In this document: one piece after another, positions 17,412-27,169 of the stretch | How positions within the stretch are numbered: position 1 is the stretch's first letter | Layout of the letters: every line of letters starts with the position of its first letter | NCBI GenBank assembly: GCA_036375975.1 | Contig: DASVBF010000141.1 | Coordinates: forward strand, 1,703-65,702 | DNA length: 64,000 nucleotides | Direction of reading: 5' to 3' | Source of the DNA: Nocardioidaceae bacterium | GTDB lineage: Bacteria; Actinomycetota; Actinomycetes; Propionibacteriales; Nocardioidaceae | Notes under the pieces: generated by a model | The model's input: the letters and a program-made list of their open reading frames with translations, nothing else | Told to the model about the DNA's origin: nothing | Database searches by the model: none | Made by a program: the position numbers and the translations under genes

Positions 17412-19328
17412 ATGACTCGATCTCTCCCTCCCTCGGCAGGCCAGGCGCTCGACGCAATGGTGCGGCACGAGGCGTGGGCGGCGATCAGGCTCCGTGACGC
17501 GGCCGCGGTCACCCTCGTGGGCGGTTCCCGCGGCGAGGTCGCGAGCCTCATGGACGTCCCGCTCGACGAGGGTCCGCCTCGCGAGGGCAGGAGGTTCGAC
17601 CGGCTCCTGGCGGTCCCGTTCCGCCAGGTGGCGGAGCGCGGCTTCGAGGTCCATGACGACGGCAGCCCGCTGACCGTCGTACGCCTCGAGTCCGAGGTCG
17701 ACGTGCCGCTCGCCGACCTGCTGGCCGCCCTCCCCGACGAGCCGGTCGAGTTCGAGGACCGGGGCGGCTTCGAGACCACCGACGACGAGTACGGCGCCGT
17801 GGTGGACCGGATCATCTCTGACGAGATCGGCAACGGCGAGGGCGCCAACCTCGTCGTGGGGCGGCACTATCGGGCGACGCTGAAGGACTGGGACGCTCGG
17901 AAGGCGCTGACCGTCTTCCGCCGCCTCCTGGCGAAGGAGCGCGGGGCGTACTGGACCTACTGCTTCTTCACCGGGGACCGGTACCTGATCGGCGCGAGCC
18001 CGGAGCGACACGTCAGCGTCCACGGCGGCGACGTGCGGATGAACCCGATCAGCGGCACCTTCCGGCTCAAGGGCCACGACGACCCGGTCGAGCGGAAGCA
18101 GGCGCTCCTGGAGTTCCTCGCGGACGAGAAGGAGATCTACGAGCTCTTCATGGTGGTCGACGAGGAGCTCAAGATGATGTGCGACGTCTGCAACAAGGGC
18201 GGCCAGGTGCTCGGGCCGTTCCTGAAGCCGATGACGCACCTCGTGCACACGGAGTACCTCCTCGCCGGGCGCACCGACCGGGACGTGCGCGAGGTCATCA
18301 GGGACACGATGTACGCCGCCACGGTCACGGGCTCACCCGTGGAGAACGCCTGCCGCCTGATCAAGGAGTACGAGCCTGAGGGCCGCGGCTACTACGGCGC
18401 GGCGCTCGCCCTGCTCGGGCGCGACGCCGATGGCCGGCCCACCGCGGACTCCCCGATCGTGATCCGCACCGCCGACGTCTCCCCGGACGGGCACCTCCGG
18501 GTCACGGCCGGTGCGACCCTCGTGCGCGACTCGGTGGCCTCCTACGAGGTCGCGGAGACCCACGCCAAGGCGGCAGGGATCCTCTCGGCCTTCGGACTCG
18601 TGCCCCAGTCGACCGGTGCCGCGGAGGGCGTCGGGGAGCTCATCCTGGACGAGGACGTCCTGATCGCCCTGAACTCCCGCAACCAGCGGCTGAGCAAGTT
18701 CTGGCTGACCGACCAGGGCGGATCGCCGCCGGCTCCGGAGCTGAAGGGCAGGACGGCGGTCATCCTCGACGGGGAGGACGACTTCGTGAACATGCTCTGT
18801 CACGTCCTCGCCGTCATGGGAATGTCCTCGACGGTGGTCCGCCACGACGAGTACGAGCCCGGGGTGCTCGACGGCTACGACCTGGTCGTCGTCGGCCCCG
18901 GCCCGGGCGACCCGCGCGAGGAGGACCACCCGAAGATCGCCGCTTTCGGGCAGGCCGTCGACAGCCTGCTGGCCTCCCGGCAGCCGTTCCTGTCGGTCTG
19001 CCTGGGCCACCAGGTCCTGTGCGGCAGGCTCGGGATCCCGCTGACGTACAAGGACATCGTGTTCCAGGGCACGCAGTCCCGGGTGTCGCTGGAGGGCCGG
19101 GAGGAGGTCGTCGGCTTCTACAACACCTTCGTCGGGCGACTCGGTGGCCAGCAGCCGCCGATCGGCGTCGAGGTCACCGCGGACCCGGAGACCGGCGACA
19201 TCCACATGGTCTCGGGTCCGCACTTCCGGGGCGTGCAGTTCCACGCGGAGTCGATCCTCACCGAGCACGGCTACGAGCTGATCCACGACCTCGTGCTGGA
19301 CCTGCTGAGCCCGCGCGAACAGAGATGA
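17412..19328 (+). CDS. Anthranilate-synthase-family protein: chorismate-utilising domain fused to a C-terminal class-I glutamine amidotransferase (PhzE-like architecture)
   Basis: The chorismate-binding core reads SPERHVSV...NPISGTF...TVTGSPVENA...GRGYYGAAL. The C-terminal GATase has the catalytic residues SVCLGHQ and FHAES. Confidence 0.75.
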   Translation: MTRSLPPSAGQALDAMVRHEAWAAIRLRDAAAVTLVGGSRGEVASLMDVPLDEGPPREGRRFDRLLAVPFRQVAERGFEVHDDGSPLTVVRLESEVDVPLADLLAALPDEPVEFEDRGGFETTDDEYGAVVDRIISDEIGNGEGANLVVGRHYRATLKDWDARKALTVFRRLLAKERGAYWTYCFFTGDRYLIGASPERHVSVHGGDVRMNPISGTFRLKGHDDPVERKQALLEFLADEKEIYELFMVVDEELKMMCDVCNKGGQVLGPFLKPMTHLVHTEYLLAGRTDRDVREVIRDTMYAATVTGSPVENACRLIKEYEPEGRGYYGAALALLGRDADGRPTADSPIVIRTADVSPDGHLRVTAGATLVRDSVASYEVAETHAKAAGILSAFGLVPQSTGAAEGVGELILDEDVLIALNSRNQRLSKFWLTDQGGSPPAPELKGRTAVILDGEDDFVNMLCHVLAVMGMSSTVVRHDEYEPGVLDGYDLVVVGPGPGDPREEDHPKIAAFGQAVDSLLASRQPFLSVCLGHQVLCGRLGIPLTYKDIVFQGTQSRVSLEGREEVVGFYNTFVGRLGGQQPPIGVEVTADPETGDIHMVSGPHFRGVQFHAESILTEHGYELIHDLVLDLLSPREQR

Positions 19329-19906
19329 CGGCCCGGGTTGTGGTGGTCGACCACCACGACTCCTACACCTACAACCTCGTGCACCTCGTCGCCGCGGTGA
19401 CCGGGGCGCTCCCCGAGGTCGTCGAGCACGACGAGGTCGACGCCTCGGCCCTGCTGGGAGGCAGGTTCAGCCACGTTGTGCTCTCGCCGGGACCCGGCAG
19501 CCCGGACGACGAGCGGGACTTCTCGGTCGGGCGGGCAGTCCTCCTCGAGGCACGGGTCCCCGTCCTCGGGGTCTGCCTCGGCATGCAGGGCCTGGTCAGC
19601 GTGTACGGCGGGCGGGTCCGCCAGATCACGCCCGCCCACGGCGAGGTGACGGTCGTGTCCCACGACGGGACAGGGGTCTTCGAGGACGTGCCCAACCCCT
19701 TCAACGCGGTCCGCTACCACTCCCTCGCAGCGGTCGCCCTGCCCGACGTACTCGTCGCCGACGCCTGGTGCGACACCGAAGCCGGCCCGGTCGTGATGGG
19801 CGTCGCGCACCGGGAGAAGCCGCTGTGGGGCGTTCAGTTCCACCCGGAGTCGATCCTCACCGAGCACGGCGAGACCATGCTCCGCAACTTCCTCGGGCAG
19901 TCGTGA
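19325..19906 (+). CDS. Stand-alone class-I glutamine amidotransferase (PabA/TrpG type)
   Basis: The ATG overlaps the upstream stop (ATGA). The catalytic triad context is GVCLGMQ ... QFHPES. Confidence 0.8.
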   Translation: MTARVVVVDHHDSYTYNLVHLVAAVTGALPEVVEHDEVDASALLGGRFSHVVLSPGPGSPDDERDFSVGRAVLLEARVPVLGVCLGMQGLVSVYGGRVRQITPAHGEVTVVSHDGTGVFEDVPNPFNAVRYHSLAAVALPDVLVADAWCDTEAGPVVMGVAHREKPLWGVQFHPESILTEHGETMLRNFLGQS

Positions 19907-21186
19907 TGTGGCACGACCCGGTGGCGGCGTTCCGGGACGTCGCGAGGACGCGGAGCCGGATGTACTGGCTCGACGGCGGAGGCTCGCGGGAGTGGTCCGG
20001 TCCCCGATCGATCATCGGCTGGCTCGAGGAGGACGACGTGTCCCTGACCTACGACGCGTCGCGGCGCCAGGTCTGGCGGGTGACGGGCGGCGAGCGCGAC
20101 CTCGTCGGCGACGACATCTTCCGGGTGCTCGGCGACGAGCTCGAGCGTGACAGCGGGAGACCGGACGTGAGGTGGGTCGGCTGGTTCGGGTACGCCTGCC
20201 GCCCCGACCTGCCGGCCCTCACCTCGACGGACAGCGGCGTCCCCGACGCGGTGTGGATGCGCAGCGACAGAGAGGTCGTCTTCCACCACGGCGACACCGG
20301 GCCGCTGTCCGGACGGACGCCGATGCGCGCCCGCCGGAGGCCTCACGACGAGCCCGGAGACCGTGCCGGGACATCCGGGGTGGGCCGTTCCACCTACGAC
20401 ACCTGGTTCACCCGGGTCCAGGAGCAGCTGCACCTCGGCAACACCTACGAGGTGAACCTGACCTACCGGGAAGAGGTCCGGAGCGAGGTCGAACCCTTCG
20501 ACGCCTACCTCCGGCTGCGGGAGCTGAACCCGGCTCCGTACGCGGCGTACTTCCAGCACGACGCCGTGAGCCTGCTCAGCTCGAGCCCGGAACGGTTCGC
20601 GACGATCGACGCCGAGGGCTGGGTGGAGACGAAGCCGATCAAGGGCACCACGCCCCGGGGCGCGACGCCGGTCGAGGACGAGGCGTACCGCGAGGCGCTG
20701 CGGAGCGACCCCCGCTACCGCGCCGAGAACCTGATGATCGTCGACCTGCTCCGCAACGACCTCTCGATCGTGTGCGAGCCGGGCACCGTGACCGTGCCGG
20801 TCCTGATGGACGTCGAGTCCTACCCCTCGGTGCACCAGCTCGTCTCGACGATCCGGGGCCGGCTGCGGCGCGGCGTCACGACCGTCGAGGCCCTGCGCGC
20901 ACTCTTCCCGCCCGGCTCGATGACCGGTGCCCCGAAGCTGCGGACCATGTCCGTGATCGCCGACGTGGAGACGACGGCGCGGGGGGTCTACTCGGGAGCT
21001 CTCGGCTGGGTCAGCGGCGACGGGCGCGCCGACCTCGGGGTCGTGATCCGCAGCCTGGTCGCCCGCGACGGGCTCTACACGCTGGGCACCGGTGGTGGGG
21101 TGACGGTCCGGTCCGACGCCCGGAGCGAGTACGACGAGACGCGGTGGAAGGCTGCCCGACTCCTCGAAGCGCTGGAACCGGGCTGA
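19906..21186 (+). CDS. pabB: Aminodeoxychorismate synthase component I (PabB-like)
   Basis: The ATG overlaps the upstream stop (TGATG). The chorismate-binding core includes the PIKGT motif (TKPIKGTTPRG). That lysine distinguishes PabB from TrpE-type enzymes. Confidence 0.7.
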   Translation: MWHDPVAAFRDVARTRSRMYWLDGGGSREWSGPRSIIGWLEEDDVSLTYDASRRQVWRVTGGERDLVGDDIFRVLGDELERDSGRPDVRWVGWFGYACRPDLPALTSTDSGVPDAVWMRSDREVVFHHGDTGPLSGRTPMRARRRPHDEPGDRAGTSGVGRSTYDTWFTRVQEQLHLGNTYEVNLTYREEVRSEVEPFDAYLRLRELNPAPYAAYFQHDAVSLLSSSPERFATIDAEGWVETKPIKGTTPRGATPVEDEAYREALRSDPRYRAENLMIVDLLRNDLSIVCEPGTVTVPVLMDVESYPSVHQLVSTIRGRLRRGVTTVEALRALFPPGSMTGAPKLRTMSVIADVETTARGVYSGALGWVSGDGRADLGVVIRSLVARDGLYTLGTGGGVTVRSDARSEYDETRWKAARLLEALEPG

Positions 21187-21213
21187 CCTGTCCTCAGACC
21201 CCTGACAGCACTG

Positions 21214-21253
21214 GGCCGGCCCGTAGGAAAGGGGGAGAACCTACGGGCCGGCC
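21214..21253. terminator. Bidirectional stem-loop between the convergent pabB-like and htrA-like genes
   Basis: A perfect 14-bp stem pairs ggccggcccgtagg (21214-21227) with cctacgggccggcc (21240-21253). The loop is 12 nt. Confidence 0.65.
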
Positions 21254-21265
21254 AGTGGCTCTGGG

Positions 21266-22633
21266 TCAGGACGCCGGGGCGCCCTTGTCGCTGTCCAAGC
21301 TGGCTTGGACCTTGATCTGTTTCCCGCCGCGTAGGACGGTCAGGGTGACGGTGTCGCCGGGTCGGTGGCCACGGATCGTCGCGACCAGCGACGAGGAGTC
21401 CTGGACCGGCTGGTTGTCGACCTTGACGACGATGTCGCCGCGCTGGAGTCCTGCCTGCGCCGCGGCCGACCCGGCGGACACCTTGGCGATGCCCGCGCCG
21501 GTCAGGAGGCCGTCGTTGCTGCTGGCGTCGGTGACCGAGACTCCGAGCCGGGCATGAGTGGGGGTCTGCCCGGCCCGGAGCTGGTCAACGATCGGCAGGG
21601 TCTGGTCGATCGGGATCGCGAAGCCGAGGCCGATGGACCCGCCCTCGCCGTCGATCGAGCTCGATGCCGTGCGGATGGAGGAGTTGATGCCGACGACCTG
21701 ACCCTGCATGTTCACGAGCGGGCCGCCCGAGTTTCCGGGGTTGATCGCGGCGTCGGTCTGGATCGCGGGGTAGGCGGTGTCGATGCCGTTGCCCTGGCCG
21801 CCCACCGACACCGGGCGGTGCAACGCGGAGACGATGCCGCTCGTGACCGTGGACTGCAGGCCGAACGGTGAGCCGATGGCCACGACCGGCTGCCCGACGT
21901 CCAGGCTGCCGGACCTTCCGATCGTCGCGGGCTTGAGGCCTGAGACGCCCTGCGCCTCGATGATGGCGAGGTCGGTCAGGGGGTCGGTGCCCACGATCTT
22001 CGCCGGCGCGGTCGAACCGTCGTTGAACCCGACGGAGAGGTTGCCGCCACCCTGGGCCACCTGGACCACGTGGTAGTTCGTGAGGATCTGGCCGCTCGAC
22101 GTCAGGATCACGCCCGAGCCGGAGCCTGCTCCCTGGGGGCCTTGCACGTTGATCTTGACCACGGAGGGGAGGACCGAGTTGGCGACCGCCTCCACCGAGC
22201 CGGGCTTCGCGGGGAGGTCCTTGCTCTGCACCACGGAGGACGTCTGCACTTCGGAGTCCGAGGTGAGGGCGTTGTAGCCGGCGGCCCCGCCGACACCCGC
22301 CACACCGCCGACGAACAGGGCCGCGGCGAGGATCCCGGCGGTGAACCCGGCACCGTGAGAGGTTCGGTTCGGCCGGCTACCAGGGGGGTAGCCCTGGTAG
22401 GCCGGCGCGCCGAAGAACGGCGGCCCGGCAGCGTCACCGGGGCGCGAACCCCATGCCCGGGTGTCGTAGGCGGCGGTGTCGGTGCTGCCTACGGACTCCT
22501 CGGCGTACCGGTGCGTCTGTCGCGCCGGTGCGCCTGCGGGCACGGCTTCTTCGTCGCGCTCGTGGTGCGGGCCGAACTCGTTCATGGATCCATCATGCGA
22601 GTGGCGCCTGAGACGACTCTGAGAGGACGCCAC
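21266..22633 (-). CDS. HtrA/PepD-like S1C serine protease with a C-terminal PDZ domain
   Basis: A TM segment is followed by a trypsin-like core with GNSGGPLVN and then a PDZ domain. An alternative ATG start exists at 22585. It lies downstream of an MprA/MprB-like pair, as pepD does in mycobacteria. Confidence 0.8.
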   Translation of the reverse strand: MASSQSRLRRHSHDGSMNEFGPHHERDEEAVPAGAPARQTHRYAEESVGSTDTAAYDTRAWGSRPGDAAGPPFFGAPAYQGYPPGSRPNRTSHGAGFTAGILAAALFVGGVAGVGGAAGYNALTSDSEVQTSSVVQSKDLPAKPGSVEAVANSVLPSVVKINVQGPQGAGSGSGVILTSSGQILTNYHVVQVAQGGGNLSVGFNDGSTAPAKIVGTDPLTDLAIIEAQGVSGLKPATIGRSGSLDVGQPVVAIGSPFGLQSTVTSGIVSALHRPVSVGGQGNGIDTAYPAIQTDAAINPGNSGGPLVNMQGQVVGINSSIRTASSSIDGEGGSIGLGFAIPIDQTLPIVDQLRAGQTPTHARLGVSVTDASSNDGLLTGAGIAKVSAGSAAAQAGLQRGDIVVKVDNQPVQDSSSLVATIRGHRPGDTVTLTVLRGGKQIKVQASLDSDKGAPAS

Positions 22634-22666
22634 GACGGTGTTGTGAGGTTGGGCGGCCTTCTCGGA

Positions 22667-24130
22667 TCAGCGGCGCCCCGCCGGCGGCACGACCGGGGAC
22701 GCCTCGGTGTCCGGCGCGGACCTCCGCAGGGACGTCGCGGGCTCTTCCGGAGACCCGGGGATCGTGAACCAGAAGGCGGCGCCGCCGGCCGGCGATGCTC
22801 CGGCCCGGACGTTGCCCCCGTGGCGCTCGGCGACCTGGCGGACGATCGCGAGTCCCAGCCCTGACCCGGGCATCCCGCGGGACTCGCGGGAACGGTAGAA
22901 CCGGTCGAACACGTGCGGCAGGTCCTCGTCGGCGATGCCCTCTCCCTCGTCGCCGACGAGCAGGGTGCCGCCCTCCAGCTCCACGGTCACGGTGCCGAGG
23001 GGAGGGCTCCACTTGGCCGCGTTGTCGAGGAGGTTCGTCACGGCTCGCTCCAGTGCCGCGGAGTCACCCTCGACCCACCACGAGGAGCTGCGCACGTCGA
23101 ACTCCAGGCCTGGTGCCCTGCGGCGGACCCGCTCGACGGCACGGTCGACGATGTCGGCCAGGTCCACCGCCTCCAGGGTGAGGCCCAGCGGCTCGTCGCG
23201 GGCCAGCTCGACCAGGTCTCCGATCAGCGTGGTCAGCTCCGCGATCTGGAACCGCACGTCGGCAAGGAGCTCGGCCCGGAGCTGGTCGGAGAGCCCGTGG
23301 GCACTGTCGGCCTGGACCAGGAGGTCGAGGTTCGTGCGCAGCGACGTCAGCGGGGTCCGCAGCTCGTGGCCGGCGTCCGCCACGAGCTGCCGTTGTCTGT
23401 CTCGGGACGCCGCCAGGGCGGCGAGCATCGCGTTGAAGGCAGAGGCGAGACGCGTGATCTCGTCGTCGTTCCCGTTGTCCACCCTGATCGGGTCCAGCTG
23501 CTCGGTGCGGGCGATCTCCTCCGCGGCCTCGGTCAGTCGCCGCACCGGTCTCAGGCCGCTGCGGGCCACGGCCCATCCCGCGAGACCGGCTCCCAGCACG
23601 CCCAGACCGCCGAAGATCGCGAGCACGATGCCGAGCCGCTCCAGGGTCTCCTCGGTGGGACGCATCGACTGGGCGAGCACCAGCGCGCGGCGCGACTGGG
23701 CGGTCTGCACCGCCACCACGCGGTAGGGACCGTTCTTCGTCATCGCGGTCCGGATCGCCGAGCGTCGCGCTCCCAACGCCACCTGGAGCTCGGCGGGGCG
23801 CACCCCGATGCCGTGGCGGTGCCCGGCGCTGACGACGTCGCAGGTACCCGGGGGTGACCAGGGGTTACGGCAGTCGATGTACCAGATGAGCACGTCGGAG
23901 GCGCCGAGGATCCCGGGTTGAACCTGACGGGCGGTGACCAGGAACAGACCCTCGTTGCGGGCCGCGGCCGAAGCGCGCGCCTCGAGCGACCGGTCTAGGG
24001 AGGAGTACATCTGCATCCGCACCGTGATGAAGCCCGCCAGTGCAACGATCGCCACAGACAGGCCCACGGCCATCGTCGCCAGCATGGTCACCCGGCCGGC
24101 GAGGGAGCGGCGGAAGTGAAGCACCATCAC
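22667..24130 (-). CDS. mprB: Sensor histidine kinase (MprB-like; TM-periplasmic-TM-HAMP-HisKA-HATPase)
   Basis: The H-box is [11 protein letters not shown], the N-box LLDNAAKW and the G2 box GSGLGLAIV. The start overlaps the regulator's stop by 4 nt. Confidence 0.75.
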   Translation of the reverse strand: MMVLHFRRSLAGRVTMLATMAVGLSVAIVALAGFITVRMQMYSSLDRSLEARASAAARNEGLFLVTARQVQPGILGASDVLIWYIDCRNPWSPPGTCDVVSAGHRHGIGVRPAELQVALGARRSAIRTAMTKNGPYRVVAVQTAQSRRALVLAQSMRPTEETLERLGIVLAIFGGLGVLGAGLAGWAVARSGLRPVRRLTEAAEEIARTEQLDPIRVDNGNDDEITRLASAFNAMLAALAASRDRQRQLVADAGHELRTPLTSLRTNLDLLVQADSAHGLSDQLRAELLADVRFQIAELTTLIGDLVELARDEPLGLTLEAVDLADIVDRAVERVRRRAPGLEFDVRSSSWWVEGDSAALERAVTNLLDNAAKWSPPLGTVTVELEGGTLLVGDEGEGIADEDLPHVFDRFYRSRESRGMPGSGLGLAIVRQVAERHGGNVRAGASPAGGAAFWFTIPGSPEEPATSLRRSAPDTEASPVVPPAGRR

Positions 24131-24852
24131 TCTTCCCGGAGGACGTACCCGACACCGCGGACGGTGTGGATCAGCCGCGGCTCACCCTCTGCCTCGGTCT
24201 TCCTCCGGAGGTACCCGACGTAGACCTCGAGCGAGTTCGCCGTGGTGGGGAAGTCGTAGCCCCAGACCTCCTCCAGGATGAACGAGCGGTCGAGGACCCG
24301 GCGAGGACGCCGCAGGAACATCTCGAGCAGGCTGAACTCGGTGCGGGTCAGGTCGATGCTCCGCTCGCCCCGTCGTACCTCCCGGGTGGCGGGGTTGAGG
24401 CTGAGGTCCGCGAACGACAGGGTCTCAGCCTCGGTGTCGTCCGCCCCGCCCGGCGTACCGACATGCACACGTCGCAGCAGCGCCCGCAGCCGCGCGAGCA
24501 GCTCTTCCAGAGCGAACGGCTTGGTGAGGTAGTCGTCGGCTCCGGCGTCCAGGCCTTCCACCCGATCGCCGACGGAGTCGCGGGCGGTGAGCACCAGGAT
24601 CGGGAGGTCGTTGCCGGCGGCCCGCAGGGCCCGCGTGGCCTCGAGACCGTCGAGGCGGGGCATCATCACGTCGATCACGAGAGCATCGGGCGTGGCCTGG
24701 CCGATCGACGCCAGAGCCTCCGCGCCGTCCCGGGCCAGCGTGACGTCATACCCGTTGAACTCCAGGGAACGGCGCAGCGAGTCCCGGACTGCCTGGTCGT
24801 CGTCGACGACGAGAACCCGGGCCTGGGAGATCCTGGTGTCTGCGCCTGCCAC
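24127..24852 (-). CDS. mprA: OmpR-family response regulator (MprA-like)
   Basis: The REC domain reads VLVVDDD...[11 protein letters not shown]. It carries a winged-helix C-terminus ([13 protein letters not shown]...VRGVGY). Confidence 0.8.
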   Translation of the reverse strand: MAGADTRISQARVLVVDDDQAVRDSLRRSLEFNGYDVTLARDGAEALASIGQATPDALVIDVMMPRLDGLEATRALRAAGNDLPILVLTARDSVGDRVEGLDAGADDYLTKPFALEELLARLRALLRRVHVGTPGGADDTEAETLSFADLSLNPATREVRRGERSIDLTRTEFSLLEMFLRRPRRVLDRSFILEEVWGYDFPTTANSLEVYVGYLRRKTEAEGEPRLIHTVRGVGYVLREE

Positions 24853-24987
24853 GATCCAAGACTGCCACCTTCACCTGAGACTCGTCTTAACGTCGCACTC
24901 GATCGTCCTTCGGGCGCTCTTCCCGGCAATGCGGGCAAGTCACTCAACCGGGCCACTCGGGGCGCACGCCCCACCTACACTCCCGTT

Positions 24988-26421
24988 ATGGGACCGGCGG
25001 GGGAAACCGGGCGAAGTCGGACGCGCTCGGGAGGGCGCGTGCCGGCGCATGCCCTCACCGCCGCGGGCTGGGCGCTCGGCATCGCCGTGACCGGCATGAT
25101 CCTGGGCACCCCGTACCTGGTCTTCGGCTACCACAGCCCGTCGATGCACCTCGTGCTCGGCACCATCGACGCCTGCGTCGCGCTGCTGGTCTCCTACCTC
25201 GTCTACCTCCGGTTCCTCCGGAGCCGCCTCGCGCAGGACCTGCTGCTCGCCCAAGGACTCTTCCTGCTGGCCGTGGCCGGCCTCGGTCTCGCGCTTCTTC
25301 TCCACCTGTTCGACCAGCCCGGGTCGCGGACGCTGGACGTGTGGCTGCCGCTGACTCTCAGGGCGTTCGGCGCACTCCTGGTGGTGGTCGCCTCGGTGGC
25401 CGGCCCGACACGCTCGGTGCCTCGCGAGCGTCGCCTCGGCCGCCGGGTTCTGCCCTGGGTCGTGACGGCGGCGGCGGTCCTGCTGCTGTGGCTGGTCCGG
25501 GAGGGGCTCCCGGACGCGCTCGGTCCGACTCCGCCGCCCTCGGCGGAGCGCCCCGTGATCACCGGGCACCCGATGCTCCTGGCGGTACAGGGCTTCTCCG
25601 CGGTCTGCTTCCTGGTGGCGTCAGTGGCGTTCACGGTCCGGGCGACCGATGGGCGCGACGAGCTGCTGCGGTGGCTGGGTCCGGCCTGCGCACTGGCGGG
25701 GTTCGCCCGGGTGAACTACGTGCTCTTCCCGTCCCTCTACAGCGACTGGCTCTACACGGGCGACCTCCTGCGCACGGGCAGCTACCTGGTTCTGCTCATC
25801 GGCGCGGCGAGGGAGATCGGGCACTACTGGTCCGCGCAGGCGAGAGCCGCTGTACTGGAGGACAGGCGCCGCCTCGCCCGGGAGATCCACGACGGGCTGC
25901 TCCAGGAGCTGGCCTACGTCAGGGCTGAGACGGCGTCGCTGCCGCGCGACACCGAGCGGACCGAGCGCATCCTGGCGGCCTGCGACCGGGCCGTCGACGA
26001 GGCTCGCGCGGCTGTGCACGCCCTCGGCAGCAACGAGGACGAACCGCTCGGCCTCGTCCTCCACCGCGCGGCCCGGCAGGTGGTCGAGCGGTACGGCGCC
26101 CGGCTGGAGGTGGAGGTCGACGAGTCCGTGACGGTGCCGCAGGAGCAGCAGCACGCGCTGGTCAGGATCGCCCGGGAGGCCGTGTCGAACGCGATCCGGC
26201 ACGGTCGGGCGACGCGGGTCTGCCTCCGGCTGGCGCGAGACGACCAGGGGCATCGACTGTCCGTGGAGGACGACGGCAGGGGGTTCGACGTCGAGACGGC
26301 GTTGCGGGGAGCGGGCTACGGCCTCACCAGCATGCGCGAGCGGGCCTCCGCGCTCCCCGGCTCCTTCGAGATCCGGTCCGGGCCGGAGCAGGGTACGACG
26401 GTGGGCGTGACGTGGACATGA
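24988..26421 (+). CDS. Membrane sensor histidine kinase, HisKA_3 (NarL-partner) type
   Basis: About six predicted TM helices precede REIHDGLLQELAYV (the HisKA_3 H-box) and GYGLTSMRERA. The start is uncertain. The part of the long ORF upstream of 24988 is antisense to mprA and was rejected. Confidence 0.7.
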   Translation: MGPAGETGRSRTRSGGRVPAHALTAAGWALGIAVTGMILGTPYLVFGYHSPSMHLVLGTIDACVALLVSYLVYLRFLRSRLAQDLLLAQGLFLLAVAGLGLALLLHLFDQPGSRTLDVWLPLTLRAFGALLVVVASVAGPTRSVPRERRLGRRVLPWVVTAAAVLLLWLVREGLPDALGPTPPPSAERPVITGHPMLLAVQGFSAVCFLVASVAFTVRATDGRDELLRWLGPACALAGFARVNYVLFPSLYSDWLYTGDLLRTGSYLVLLIGAAREIGHYWSAQARAAVLEDRRRLAREIHDGLLQELAYVRAETASLPRDTERTERILAACDRAVDEARAAVHALGSNEDEPLGLVLHRAARQVVERYGARLEVEVDESVTVPQEQQHALVRIAREAVSNAIRHGRATRVCLRLARDDQGHRLSVEDDGRGFDVETALRGAGYGLTSMRERASALPGSFEIRSGPEQGTTVGVTWT

Positions 26422-27080
26422 CCGGGGACGGGCTCTCGCACGGACAGCAGGTGCGGGTCGTGATGGCTGACGACCAGGCCCGCCTTCGGGGCGTCGTCCG
26501 ACGTGCGCTCGAGGGCGGCGGCTGCGTCGTGCTGGGCGAGGGCGCGACGGCGCAGGACGCGGTCGACCTCACCGTGCGGCATCGCCCGGACGTGGCGCTC
26601 CTCGACATCCACATGCCGGGGAGCGGGATCCACGCAGCGCAGGAGATATCCCGGCTCGCGCCCGACACGGCGATCGTGATGCTCACGCAGTCCGGCCAGG
26701 ACGACGACCTGTTCGACTCGCTGCGAGCCGGCGCCTCGGGCTACCTGTTGAAGGACGCCGACCCCGCCGCGCTCGCGGACACCCTGCGCAGCGTGCTTGC
26801 GGGCGAGGGTGCGATGCCGCCCCGCCTCGTCGCGCGGATCATGGACGAGTTCCGCGCCCCCGCCCGGCGCCGGCTGGGCCGCACGTCGCACGCAGCCTCC
26901 AAGCTCAGTGCCCGGGAGTGGGAGGTCATGCAGCTCCTCGGGCAGGGTCTCTCGACGGAGGAGGTGGCCGGCCGGCTCTTCGTGTCCGCGACGACCGTGC
27001 GGGTGCACGTCTCGGCGGTGCTGAAGAAGCTGCGCGTCCGTGACCGGGAGAGTGCCTTCCGACTGCTGCGGGGGGAGTAG
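26418..27080 (+). CDS. LuxR/NarL-family response regulator
   Basis: The ATG overlaps the kinase stop (ATGA). The REC domain reads VVMADDQ...LLDIHMPG. The LuxR HTH reads LSAREWEVMQLLGQGLSTEEVAGRLFVSATTVRVHV. Confidence 0.85.
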   Translation: MTGDGLSHGQQVRVVMADDQARLRGVVRRALEGGGCVVLGEGATAQDAVDLTVRHRPDVALLDIHMPGSGIHAAQEISRLAPDTAIVMLTQSGQDDDLFDSLRAGASGYLLKDADPAALADTLRSVLAGEGAMPPRLVARIMDEFRAPARRRLGRTSHAASKLSAREWEVMQLLGQGLSTEEVAGRLFVSATTVRVHVSAVLKKLRVRDRESAFRLLRGE

Positions 27081-27169
27081 CTCCCCGGTGCATCGCCGTG
27101 GGACGGCGAGACCCCGCCAACCCAGGGACATGGGCTGACGGGGCCTCGGACCGGGTTCCCCCTGACGGA

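Noticed and set aside
24040-24987. The upstream extension of the HisKA_3 kinase ORF (24040..26421).
   Set aside because: It runs antisense through the mprA-like gene and has no membrane or sensor features. The TM-rich kinase sequence begins around 24988.
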